Origin: Candidatus Nanosynbacter sp. BB002
GTDB lineage: Bacteria; Patescibacteriota; Saccharimonadia; Saccharimonadales; Saccharimonadaceae
Assembly: GCF_037013405.1 (NCBI RefSeq)
Contig: NZ_CP146064.1
Span: 690,001 to 722,000 of the forward strand
Reading direction: 5' to 3'
DNA: 32,000 nucleotides
Below are positions 1-7,961 of the stretch, piece after piece (positions within the stretch are counted from its first letter, which is position 1; each line of letters opens with the position of its first letter). The notes under the pieces were generated by a model. It did no database searches. It saw only the letters and a program-made list of their open reading frames with translations, and was not told the DNA's origin. The translations under genes were made by a program, and so were the position numbers.

Positions 1-158
1 GCGTACACCGCTTCACGACGTTCCACCATGCCAACATTATTGAGCCGCAGGAATGTTGCTGTGATGAAAGCAAACATGACAAACAAAATCAACAGCTGCC
101 ATGTTTTGATCTGCTCGAGTCGACGAATTTTGAATCGGACGTTGCGTTTATCTGTCAT
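1..158 (-). CDS. hypothetical membrane protein, N-terminal 52 codons only (gene runs off the left edge)
   Basis: ATG at 158-156 preceded by AAGGGGTGG (160-168, minus strand). Translation MTDKRNVRFKIRRLEQIKTWQLLILFVMFAFITATFLRLNNVGMVERREAVY has a basic N-terminus followed by one hydrophobic helix. Below the ORF-track length cutoff. Confidence 0.4.
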   Translation of the reverse strand, partial: MTDKRNVRFKIRRLEQIKTWQLLILFVMFAFITATFLRLNNVGMVERREAVY

Positions 159-215
159 TCCACCCCTTCTTGATCTAGTTTTAGTATAGCACACATGCCG
201 AGCGGCGGGCGAGAG

Positions 216-224
216 TGGTATAAT
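216..224 (+). promoter_or_regulatory. extended -10 promoter TGgTATAAT, 6 nt upstream of ATG 231 (leaderless murC-like mRNA)
   Basis: Read directly: tgg tataat aaagcc ATG. No Shine-Dalgarno sequence fits in the 6-nt gap. Confidence 0.5.
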
Positions 225-230
225 AAAGCC

Positions 231-1493
231 ATGCGAATTTATTTTTCAGGAATCGGTGGCGTCGGTATAGGACCATTGGCTGAGATTGCTCATGACGCAG
301 GGTATGACGTCTGTGGCTCAGACCGATCAGCCAGTCCACTGACCGCGGCTTTGATGGAACGCGGCATTCACGTTGCCCTTGATCAATCAGGGACTTTTTT
401 GCAGGAAGAGCATGACAAACAGCCGTTTGATTGGTTTGTCTATACCGCAGCGCTGCCAGCAGATCACCCTGAGTTAGTACTTGCTCACCAGCTCGGCATC
501 AAAACCGGCAAACGCGATGAATTATTGGCACACATCATATCTGATAAAAACCTAAAGCTCGTGGCTGTCGCTGGTACCCACGGCAAAACCACTACCACTA
601 GTATGATTGTGTGGACACTGCAACAGTTAGGGATTCCAGTCAGTTATTCGATCGGCTCAACCTTGAGCTTTGGACCAAGTGGCAAGTTTGACCCAACTAG
701 TCAATTTTTTATTTACGAGTGTGACGAATTTGACCGGAACTTCTTGAATTTCAAACCATGGCTGAGCCTCATCACTTCAGTTGACTATGACCACCCTGAC
801 ACCTACCCAACGGAAGCTGATTATCTGGCAGCTTTCCGCACCTTTGGTAGGCAGTCTGAAAGTGTCGTCACCTGGCAGGAAGCTGCTGCGTTTTTTGATG
901 ATGGCAATGTACAAGTGCTGACCGAATATCACCCAGATATCCACTTGACTGGTGAGCACAATCGGCGCAACGGTATGCTGGCCTTAGAAGCAGTCAAGCA
1001 CATGACAGAAATTGATGAAGTAACCATCATCACCAGCATCAACCAATTCCCTGGCGCTGGTCGCAGATTTGAGAAATTGGCCGAGGGGCTGTATTCAGAT
1101 TATGGTCACCACCCAGTGGAAATCAAAGCTACCCTGCAACTGGCGCAAGAACTATCGGACCACGTGGTACTAGTGTATCAACCGCATCAAAATGTTCGTC
1201 AGCACGAAATCATGACGCAATATACGGCAGATGTCTTTGAGGCCGCTGAGACGATCTATTGGCTACCAACCTATTTGACCCGCGAAAATCCAGACTTGCC
1301 AGTTTTAACACCGCAAGAATTAACACGCCACATCGTTGCTTCGCGCCCTGACGTTGTAACGTTTGCCGAGCTGGATGATGCGCTGTGGGATCACATCACT
1401 GCTTCGCTCGATACTGGAAAATTAGTCTTATGTATGGGCGCCGGAACTATTGATCATTGGGTGCGACAACGCGCCACCACGCTGGACGCTTAG
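231..1493 (+). CDS. murC: Mur ligase family, most like UDP-N-acetylmuramate--L-alanine ligase
   Basis: N-terminal Rossmann MRIYFSGIGGVGIGPLA, P-loop AGTHGKTTTTSM, DYGHHPVEI motif. Start moved to M13 of the track ORF because of the -10 box and the typical MurC N-terminus. Confidence 0.7.
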   Translation: MRIYFSGIGGVGIGPLAEIAHDAGYDVCGSDRSASPLTAALMERGIHVALDQSGTFLQEEHDKQPFDWFVYTAALPADHPELVLAHQLGIKTGKRDELLAHIISDKNLKLVAVAGTHGKTTTTSMIVWTLQQLGIPVSYSIGSTLSFGPSGKFDPTSQFFIYECDEFDRNFLNFKPWLSLITSVDYDHPDTYPTEADYLAAFRTFGRQSESVVTWQEAAAFFDDGNVQVLTEYHPDIHLTGEHNRRNGMLALEAVKHMTEIDEVTIITSINQFPGAGRRFEKLAEGLYSDYGHHPVEIKATLQLAQELSDHVVLVYQPHQNVRQHEIMTQYTADVFEAAETIYWLPTYLTRENPDLPVLTPQELTRHIVASRPDVVTFAELDDALWDHITASLDTGKLVLCMGAGTIDHWVRQRATTLDA

Positions 1494-1849
1494 CGATTAT
1501 CACCGCTGCCGTGTAGCTGATGACGCTGCTTGCGGCTCAACAGTTTCTCGTTGTTCATCCGCGCTACGTCTTCCAGACTCGAGCCCAACAAATGCGCTAC
1601 CGCATTGACATACCACAAGATATCCCCCAACTCTTTGAGGATATCTACCTTGTCTGACTCCTCAAGGCTTCCCTGCTTGTCACGCAGTAACTTTTTGATT
1701 TTTTCAACTACCTCACCAGATTCACCAGCTAGCCCCAATACCTGACCCATTAATTGCGGGCTGATGTCACCGTATGCGTAGTTATCTGATAATGTGGTGA
1801 TGGCCTGATCTGCATAGTCTTGTATATTCATCATCTCTCCTCCTATCAT
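1490..1849 (-). CDS. MazG-like nucleoside triphosphate pyrophosphohydrolase (small all-alpha type)
   Basis: LAGESGEVVEKIKK and ELGDILWYV metal-binding helices. 4-nt overlap with the upstream NUDIX gene. Confidence 0.7.
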   Translation of the reverse strand: MIGGEMMNIQDYADQAITTLSDNYAYGDISPQLMGQVLGLAGESGEVVEKIKKLLRDKQGSLEESDKVDILKELGDILWYVNAVAHLLGSSLEDVARMNNEKLLSRKQRHQLHGSGDNR

Positions 1850-2391
1850 TTGCCTGCCGAAAACTCACTCGCAGGTACTAATTCCCATTCGTCTAAAAAC
1901 CTGTCAAACAATGACAAATAGCTCGCTCGTGTATTATCCCAGATTTGTTCAGACGGTAGCGCCGCTATGTCGTCTCGTGTCAGCCACCGCACATCCGTCG
2001 ATTCGCCCGCGGCTAATTCATGGCGTGGATCTTCCCGAACTACCAGTGCGTAGCAGGTGTCTGAATGGTAATGCTCAGGTGTAATGTTGTGGGTGTTCAT
2101 GAGCAGCGGCTGCGGGTGAAGTGTTACTTCTGGCATTGCCGCTTGATACATGCGCAAGGTTGGTTGCAAAACCAACAATTGCCCAGCGTCATAGCCAGCT
2201 TCCTCGCGCAGTTCATGCAACATCGCTGCCCATGGCGTTTCGTCCAGTTCTATGTGTCCACCCGGTGGCAGTAATTTTCCTAGTTTTTTATGCACATGCA
2301 GCAACGCCCGCGGTTGATCGCCATCGGTACGAATGACATATCCAGTAACGGTGTGGTCGTGTTGGTTGGGTGCGATGTGAATGTGTGGCAT
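1846..2391 (-). CDS. NUDIX hydrolase
   Basis: Nudix box GGHIELDETPWAAMLHELREEAGY. Start set at MPHIHIA (ATG 2391), 1 nt after the trmB stop; the longer track ORF would overlap trmB. Confidence 0.8.
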   Translation of the reverse strand: MPHIHIAPNQHDHTVTGYVIRTDGDQPRALLHVHKKLGKLLPPGGHIELDETPWAAMLHELREEAGYDAGQLLVLQPTLRMYQAAMPEVTLHPQPLLMNTHNITPEHYHSDTCYALVVREDPRHELAAGESTDVRWLTRDDIAALPSEQIWDNTRASYLSLFDRFLDEWELVPASEFSAGK

Positions 2392-2392
2392 A

Positions 2393-3076
2393 TTAGTTCC
2401 TTCTCCCATTTGCTTTAGCATTAACAAACTTTGTGATTCTCCCTTCGTCCAGCCAGCGCTGCTCATAGGATGTGAGGATCTTATAGTCATCAGCCAGCTC
2501 AGACTCATGCAAATCAAAGGTCAACTCCTGCAAAGACCACCCTTGGCTAACCAGCTGTTCCAAGCTCCAACAAAAAAAATCGGTGTTGTCGTGTTTGATG
2601 AGCAACACACCCTCTGACGATAATAGGCTGCGGTACACTTTCAGGAAATGCGGATGGGTTAGTCGCCGGCCAGCCGAATGTTTTCGAGGAAATGGGTCAG
2701 AAAATGTTAGCCAAATGGTCTCGAGTGATGCCGGAGCAACCAATTGATCAATTTGATCAGCCCGCGCTCGCACAAAAAAGATATTTGCCAGTCCGCGTGC
2801 CTCAGCCTCTCGGGCACCCTTTTGCAGGCGATCACCTTTGACATCAAGCGCCACAACGGTTTGTTCTGGATGACGCGCTGCCTGCTCGACCGCGAACAAG
2901 CCATTGCCCGCACCTATCTCCATCACCGTCGGCTGTTTATCTAACTGATCTTTTACCGCCAACCATTCGTCATACTCAAAACACAGTGGCGAATTAGCAA
3001 ACAGTGCAAATTTATATTTCTTGCGTTTACGGGTGATGATGAACTGATTCGGATCGACAAAACTCATATTATTCAT
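2393..3076 (-). CDS. trmB: tRNA (guanine-N7)-methyltransferase
   Basis: SAM motif MEIGAGNGLF, and the TFSDPFPRKHSAGRRL motif typical of TrmB. Confidence 0.85.
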   Translation of the reverse strand: MNNMSFVDPNQFIITRKRKKYKFALFANSPLCFEYDEWLAVKDQLDKQPTVMEIGAGNGLFAVEQAARHPEQTVVALDVKGDRLQKGAREAEARGLANIFFVRARADQIDQLVAPASLETIWLTFSDPFPRKHSAGRRLTHPHFLKVYRSLLSSEGVLLIKHDNTDFFCWSLEQLVSQGWSLQELTFDLHESELADDYKILTSYEQRWLDEGRITKFVNAKANGRRN

Positions 3077-3091
3077 TATACTAAATCTATT

Positions 3092-3997
3092 ATGGATACG
3101 CTTACTAAGTATATTTTAGATTCCTCCAATTTCGATGAGTGGCTGAAGCAAAATGGTCTGGGTTGGCTGATGGAGCAGCGTTTCATCGAGGCATGGAGTA
3201 CGGTTATCGGCGCCATCATCGCTTACTATATTGGCCGCGTGCTGCTAAAATGGGGCATCAAAAGCGTGGTCAGGTCGACAGCCAAACATCGAGATTGGCA
3301 CAAAAAAGATATCGAGAAACGTCAGGAGACCTTGATCCAGCTGCTCCGCAGCTTCTGGCGAATTTTGATGATTGCCTATGCGTTGGCAGTGGTTGCAAAT
3401 AAACTCTTTTTAGTCGATCTATCACCGCTGTTTGCCAGCGCCGGAATCATCGGTGTGGCGTTGGGTTTTGGCGCCCAGTCACTAGTCAAGGACTTCCTGG
3501 CTGGTATCTTCATCATCGCTGAGAACCAATACCGCGTTGGTGATGTTGTCGACATCATGGGTGCGGTCGGTAAAGTGGAGCGTGTCGGTACCCGCTCGAC
3601 AGTCGTGCGTGACACTGATGGTAATGTCCATTACATTCCAAACGGTACCATCCAGCAGGTCATCAACAAAACCATGGGCTACAGTATCTCTCGGTTTATC
3701 CTACAGCTCGATCCGTCAGTTGACATCTCAGCCGCCACCGAAATTATCAATGACATTGGCTATAAATTATCCTTGGAAAAATCCTGGAAACGAAAAATCA
3801 TCGACCCACCAAAGTTTACTTCCCTGGGCGATATCACCGGACATTCAGTGGAAGTGATCATTGCCGGTAAAACTCAGCCCTCAGACCAATGGAGTGTCAC
3901 TTCAGAAATGCGGCGGCGACTGCTGCGTGAGTTCGAAAATAACGACATCAAACTAGCCACGCTACCGCTCACCACCAATGGACCATTGAAAAAATAG
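3092..3997 (+). CDS. small-conductance mechanosensitive channel (MscS family)
   Basis: GFGAQSLVKDFLAGIFIIAENQYRVGDVV ... GTRSTVVRDTDGNVHYIPNG, with N-terminal TM helices. A TATACT box (3077-3082) lies 9 nt upstream of the ATG. Confidence 0.85.
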   Translation: MDTLTKYILDSSNFDEWLKQNGLGWLMEQRFIEAWSTVIGAIIAYYIGRVLLKWGIKSVVRSTAKHRDWHKKDIEKRQETLIQLLRSFWRILMIAYALAVVANKLFLVDLSPLFASAGIIGVALGFGAQSLVKDFLAGIFIIAENQYRVGDVVDIMGAVGKVERVGTRSTVVRDTDGNVHYIPNGTIQQVINKTMGYSISRFILQLDPSVDISAATEIINDIGYKLSLEKSWKRKIIDPPKFTSLGDITGHSVEVIIAGKTQPSDQWSVTSEMRRRLLREFENNDIKLATLPLTTNGPLKK

Positions 3998-4345
3998 TTA
4001 TTGATTTGACTGACTTTGGGTAATTCCTAGACTAGCGTCACTTAGCGCATCAACTGAAAAATTCTGCGAGCTTGTAGTTTTTTCAGCCTCTGCTTTGTAC
4101 AGCTTCATAAATTCGTCTATGGTTGATTTGGTGATTTCACCCTGCGCCGAAAATCCCTCGTCTAGCGCCTTGCCCTGATCGATCTTTGAGCGCATCGACT
4201 TGTACTCTGGGCGACTCAAATCCAACCGCGAAGCTCCTGACGCATAGTAGATAAACATCGACAAAGTCACTAAGATCGCAGCTAGCAACACCGAACCTAC
4301 AATAAATGCCGGCAATTTATGCTCCATTATTTGCTGGTGTATCAC
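3998..4345 (-). CDS. hypothetical single-pass membrane protein
   Basis: One TM helix (LPAFIVGSVLLAAILVTLSMFIYY). 4-nt overlap with the upstream gene. No recognised domain. Confidence 0.5.
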   Translation of the reverse strand: MIHQQIMEHKLPAFIVGSVLLAAILVTLSMFIYYASGASRLDLSRPEYKSMRSKIDQGKALDEGFSAQGEITKSTIDEFMKLYKAEAEKTTSSQNFSVDALSDASLGITQSQSNQ

Positions 4346-4905
4346 TTGAGTTTTTCCTTTATCTTTTCGACTTTAGTACCATACTCAGCGATAATGTCGT
4401 TGAGCTCGCGAACTGATGATGACAATTTGAGCCGTGCATCACGAGCAATGTTGAACTGAGCATAAAAATCAGTTGGCTGATTTTTGCAATCAATCTTCAG
4501 AAGTGCTGCCAAGGCAGATTCATATTCATTATACCGAGAGGAGAACAATGACCGACCCTTTTCGAACCGACTCGTCAAAGAAACAAGGTCTGCAGCATCA
4601 ATCTTGTTCACTGCTAAGCGACCGTTCAGGCGTGCCATCAGGCGCGAAGAAATATCATTGTACGCTTGACCGGTGTTTACTCGTAAAATTGCGTCACTAT
4701 AATGCAGTCGACTGAGATTTCCACGAATATCCTGGCAATTGGCTTTGATGGCATCAATTCCATTTGCAGATTCGGCTTGACCATCAAGCGCTTTCACGAC
4801 AACCGAGGACCCGACAATTACACCAGCAATAACCATCAAAAACGCGAGACTTGTAACAGCTTGTTTCATCTGTTCCATTGTCCCGCGTTTTTGGATTGTT
4901 GTCAA
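4342..4905 (-). CDS. hypothetical membrane-anchored or secreted helical protein
   Basis: N-terminal hydrophobic segment SLAFLMVIAGVIVGSSVVV followed by a helical body containing two Cys. The start could also be M10 or M13. Confidence 0.5.
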   Translation of the reverse strand: MTTIQKRGTMEQMKQAVTSLAFLMVIAGVIVGSSVVVKALDGQAESANGIDAIKANCQDIRGNLSRLHYSDAILRVNTGQAYNDISSRLMARLNGRLAVNKIDAADLVSLTSRFEKGRSLFSSRYNEYESALAALLKIDCKNQPTDFYAQFNIARDARLKLSSSVRELNDIIAEYGTKVEKIKEKLK

Positions 4906-4906
4906 A

Positions 4907-5176
4907 TTATTTCAGGCTTTTTTCAACATCACCTTTAACATCGTGAGCCGCTTCGGTGGTAGCTTTACCTACTTTTTGCGCACCAGACTTCAGAGAAGCA
5001 GCGGTGTCTTTTGCCACTGTTTTTGCCTTTGCTGCACACTTGTCAGCATCTTTTTTCAACTCGTTAGCTTTTTTCTTTAAGTCTTTGCGAGTTTCCTTAC
5101 CACTTTTTGGTGCAGTCAATACACCAGCCGCAAAACCAGCTACCGCAGCACCTAAGACAGTTAATACTTTTTTCAT
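4907..5176 (-). CDS. YtxH-like protein
   Basis: MKKVLTVLGAAVAGFAAGVLTAPKSGKETRKDLKKKANELKKDA is the typical YtxH N-terminus plus a Lys-rich helix. Confidence 0.7.
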   Translation of the reverse strand: MKKVLTVLGAAVAGFAAGVLTAPKSGKETRKDLKKKANELKKDADKCAAKAKTVAKDTAASLKSGAQKVGKATTEAAHDVKGDVEKSLK

Positions 5177-5224
5177 AGTTTCTCCTTTGTTTGTTTATTG
5201 TTGGGTCTTACTGACGAATCCTTG

Positions 5225-5446
5225 CTACTTCCGCCGAAAAAGCCGAGAAGCTTCAGTAAAGACTTTTCTTGGTGACAGCCATTCTGTAGCTTGTGCAATA
5301 TTGTGCGCTGCTGTTTCAGCTTGGCTGGCAATACGTTTGAGTTTTACCAAGAGCGAGATTATTATACTGAACAAGATGATGATCGCCACTGAGTGGACCA
5401 CAATCACCGCAGTCATCAGTATAATAACTGTTTGCATATCTTCCAT
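5225..5446 (-). CDS. small membrane protein, DUF948-like (tentative)
   Basis: N-terminal TM helix then a helical tail. AAAGGAAAGG ribosome-binding site directly upstream. Adjacent to YtxH, as in Firmicutes ytx clusters. Confidence 0.5.
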   Translation of the reverse strand: MEDMQTVIILMTAVIVVHSVAIIILFSIIISLLVKLKRIASQAETAAHNIAQATEWLSPRKVFTEASRLFRRK

Positions 5447-5494
5447 ACCTTTCCTTTGATTTGTTGTTTATATTTGTCGTATCGACTGGTTATT

Positions 5495-5523
5495 ATGATA
5501 GCATAGACGGTTTAAAATGTCAA
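5495..5523 (-). promoter_or_regulatory. sigma70-type promoter TTGACA-N17-(TGc)TATCAT for the DUF948/YtxH operon
   Basis: Minus strand reads TTGACA (5523-5518), a 17-nt spacer ending in TGc, then TATCAT (5500-5495). An SD-containing leader follows. Confidence 0.6.
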
Positions 5524-5533
5524 TACCGTATCG

Positions 5534-6292
5534 TTAAGCAATGAGGCCGTCCCGTCGCAAGCCATCCAGTGCCGTCGCAAATCGCGGGTCATCCTGTAAT
5601 TCAGCGGTGATTTCAGCGAGTGGCTGCCCGCCAACATACCGACGCAAAATCTCACCACGCATCTGGCGGAGACTGCCGGTGAATTGCGATTGTTTGGTGT
5701 AGTGGCGACTAGCGGACAATTTACCCTTGCCCTGAGCTTTCAATTCATTGCCATAATCCATCAGCGCCCAAAACCACTGGCGCGGATTTGCCCGGTCCAT
5801 CGTCTGCTCAACAACAGTCAGTATGTCGCGATCCGCTACCGCTTCCTGGCCCGCAAAGAAATGATTGAGATAGACGGTACGAATATTTGTCTCAATGAAC
5901 GGTGTTGGCACTTGATAGGCATAATTCATGATGGCACCAGCGGTATTGACGCCAATACCCGGCAATGCAACGAGGTCATCTAGCGTAGTCACCGGGACGC
6001 CGGCGGCGATGGCTTGTGCTGCGCGGTGAAGATACTGGGCGCGGCGATTATAGCCCAGCCCCTGCCACGCACGCAGCACCTCGGTCAACTCGGCCGCTGC
6101 CAGCGACTTAATGTCCGGAAACGCTGCGGTAAACTCCATGAACTTCGTCAATACGCGAGCAACTTGTGTTTGTTGCAACATCAGCTCACTCACCAGCACA
6201 TAGTACAAGGTCGGCTGATCACGCCACGGCATCGACCGGTAGAGCTCACGGCCTTTTTGATAGATCAGCGCCTGGAAATCATCAGTCGTCAT
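5534..6292 (-). CDS. MutY-like HhH-GPD DNA glycosylase (short, cysteine-free form)
   Basis: LVSELMLQQTQVARV (MutY catalytic-Glu helix) and HhH LPGIGVNTAGAIMNYAY. Start set at ATG 6292 (M11 of the track ORF, whose own start is TTG) because TATACT lies 6 nt upstream. Confidence 0.7.
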   Translation of the reverse strand: MTTDDFQALIYQKGRELYRSMPWRDQPTLYYVLVSELMLQQTQVARVLTKFMEFTAAFPDIKSLAAAELTEVLRAWQGLGYNRRAQYLHRAAQAIAAGVPVTTLDDLVALPGIGVNTAGAIMNYAYQVPTPFIETNIRTVYLNHFFAGQEAVADRDILTVVEQTMDRANPRQWFWALMDYGNELKAQGKGKLSASRHYTKQSQFTGSLRQMRGEILRRYVGGQPLAEITAELQDDPRFATALDGLRRDGLIA

Positions 6293-6298
6293 TGCTTT

Positions 6299-6304
6299 AG
6301 TATA
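6299..6304 (-). promoter_or_regulatory. -10 box TATACT, 6 nt upstream of ATG 6292 (leaderless)
   Basis: Minus strand reads TATACT aaagca ATG. Confidence 0.4.
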
Positions 6305-6332
6305 CGCGAATAGGCCTGACAACGCCTAATTG

Positions 6333-6341
6333 TGCTATAAT
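6333..6341 (+). promoter_or_regulatory. extended -10 TGcTATAAT, 9 nt upstream of ATG 6351
   Basis: Read directly: tgc tataat ggcacggtt ATG. Confidence 0.5.
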
Positions 6342-6350
6342 GGCACGGTT

Positions 6351-6884
6351 ATGAACATATTTTTTAGACGATACATTTCAGAATTTGTGTACGGTGCGGT
6401 TGACGGCACCGTGACAACCTTTGCCGTCGTGGCAGCTTCGGCCGGAGCCGGCATCTCCAGCGCGGTTATCCTCATTTTAGGCATTGCAAACCTCATCGCC
6501 GATGGCTTCTCGATGGGTGCCAGTGCCTACCTGGCAGCCAGCGCTGAGCATGAATATTCGGCCCGCGATACCCAAAAACGAGCTTCGCCAAAAATCATCG
6601 GCGCAGTTACATTTTTGGCCTTTGTCGCCGTGGGTAGCGTGCCAGTATTGCCGTACTTGATTGACGTCATTGCAGGCTCAAAAGTACCAAGCACTACCTT
6701 GTTTTATATCAGCTCCGTGCTAACAGCGGCCGCCTTCCTGACGATTGGCTTCATCAAAGGTAAAGTCGGCAAGCAATCGCCATGGCGAGAAGCCGCCATT
6801 ACCCTACTCCTCGGCGCAGTTGCCGCTGGGCTGGCCTACTTTGCTGGTGATGTATTGGCGGCGTGGTTGGGTGTTCAGTTATAA
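6351..6884 (+). CDS. VIT1/CCC1-family iron/manganese transporter
   Basis: EFVYGAVDGTVTTFAVVAASAGAG and IANLIADGFSMGASAYL motifs, with C-terminal TM helices. Confidence 0.8.
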   Translation: MNIFFRRYISEFVYGAVDGTVTTFAVVAASAGAGISSAVILILGIANLIADGFSMGASAYLAASAEHEYSARDTQKRASPKIIGAVTFLAFVAVGSVPVLPYLIDVIAGSKVPSTTLFYISSVLTAAAFLTIGFIKGKVGKQSPWREAAITLLLGAVAAGLAYFAGDVLAAWLGVQL

Positions 6885-7457
6885 TCCTGTGAGCATTCTG
6901 TCCTCGACAGTTGAATTGAATGTTAACTCTAGTATTTTCTCAATATCTATACCAACATCCTGATATAACTCGGTAGTATTTTTCGTCGTCAAATCATTTT
7001 TGGTATAGCCCAAAAGTTTCGCAGTGTTTATCACTTCCTCTACGCTATTACCTTCTATCTCAATGTAAGGTTTTAGTTTCGGCCAGTAGTCAATGACGAC
7101 CTGGACGCCGCCAAGGTTATATTCTTGCCGTTTGTTTTCTTGATAGCCACGTGGTTTAATGCCAATCTTTGCTAAGATCTCTAGTGTCGTTTCTAGGTCA
7201 GAGACTTCAACTTCCCATTCGTGAGTACCATCAATAGCGTCAGTGGTTATTTCTTTGACAGTCAGAGTAGCGTGTTGCCCATCGGAGCGCAACCGTACCC
7301 AGCGATTTGGTGTCGCCGGAATTGTATCAAATACATAACGATGGAAATTATAATTACCAATCTCTTTAGCACCAAGTTTTGCCAATTTCCCAGCGATATC
7401 GGCTGGATCAATATCATATATTTTTGCTTCGTATTCTATATTCGATATTGATTGCAT
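6879..7457 (-). CDS. CYTH-domain protein (CyaB-like class IV adenylate cyclase / triphosphate tunnel metalloenzyme)
   Basis: N-terminal EYEAK (ExExK) signature, WVRLRSDG ... TLTVKE beta strands, about 190 aa. Confidence 0.7.
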   Translation of the reverse strand: MQSISNIEYEAKIYDIDPADIAGKLAKLGAKEIGNYNFHRYVFDTIPATPNRWVRLRSDGQHATLTVKEITTDAIDGTHEWEVEVSDLETTLEILAKIGIKPRGYQENKRQEYNLGGVQVVIDYWPKLKPYIEIEGNSVEEVINTAKLLGYTKNDLTTKNTTELYQDVGIDIEKILELTFNSTVEDRMLTGL

Positions 7458-7491
7458 AGCCTTTTATCATCTCCTGCTGTGTTACCTTAAT

Positions 7492-7902
7492 TTACGGCCA
7501 CCACTTCAGCAAAAAATCCCGGTAGCCTGGCGCGATTTTGTCGGCAGTCTCAACTTCTGCCCGCGTCAGCCAGACGGGACCTGCTTCGCTACCATCACAG
7601 GCCTGGTCCGGCAGCTCAATATCACCGTCAATTGTGGCTGTATAGCCAAGGATGATTTTATGGTTTTTAGCAGTGGTATCATATGGGTCGCGCACATAAA
7701 AGTCAGCCGGCGTCGCATCAATGGTGATACCTAGTTCCTCGCGCAACTCCCGCTCCAGCGCTTCATCTGGCATTTCGCCAGCGTCGATATGCCCGCCCGG
7801 CAGACCAAACCCCGCATCACCCCAATGCCGCATCAACAAGGTGCGTTTGCTGTCGCTGCTATACAGCGCCACTTTTACACTGACTTCATGTCGATCATAC
7901 AT
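7492..7902 (-). CDS. NUDIX hydrolase
   Basis: Nudix box GGHIDAGEMPDEALERELREELGI. Start placed at MYDRHEV (ATG 7902) because TATACT lies 7 nt upstream. ATG 7947 is an alternative start. Confidence 0.7.
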   Translation of the reverse strand: MYDRHEVSVKVALYSSDSKRTLLMRHWGDAGFGLPGGHIDAGEMPDEALERELREELGITIDATPADFYVRDPYDTTAKNHKIILGYTATIDGDIELPDQACDGSEAGPVWLTRAEVETADKIAPGYRDFLLKWWP

Positions 7903-7909
7903 TACTTTC

Positions 7910-7915
7910 AGTATA
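7910..7915 (-). promoter_or_regulatory. -10 box TATACT, 7 nt upstream of ATG 7902
   Basis: Minus strand reads TATACT gaaagta ATG. Confidence 0.35.
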
Positions 7916-7946
7916 GCCGTTTCGCTATGATTCGGCAATATATTCA

Positions 7947-7955
7947 TGCTACAGT
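7947..7955 (+). promoter_or_regulatory. extended -10 TGcTACAGT, 6 nt upstream of ATG 7962
   Basis: Read directly: tgc tacagt agaacc ATG. Confidence 0.45.
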
Positions 7956-7961
7956 AGAACC

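Noticed and set aside
195-230. N-terminal extensions of track ORFs (195-230, 2392-2517, 6293-6322, 16016-16081, 23251-23316, 28296-28310, 31239-31328)
   Set aside because: The extensions overlap upstream genes or begin at TTG. Downstream ATGs have better signals (a -10 box or SD) and give canonical protein N-termini.
4956-5459. 167-aa plus-strand ORF
   Set aside because: Antisense to the YtxH-like and DUF948-like genes, which have recognisable sequence features, a ribosome-binding site and a promoter.
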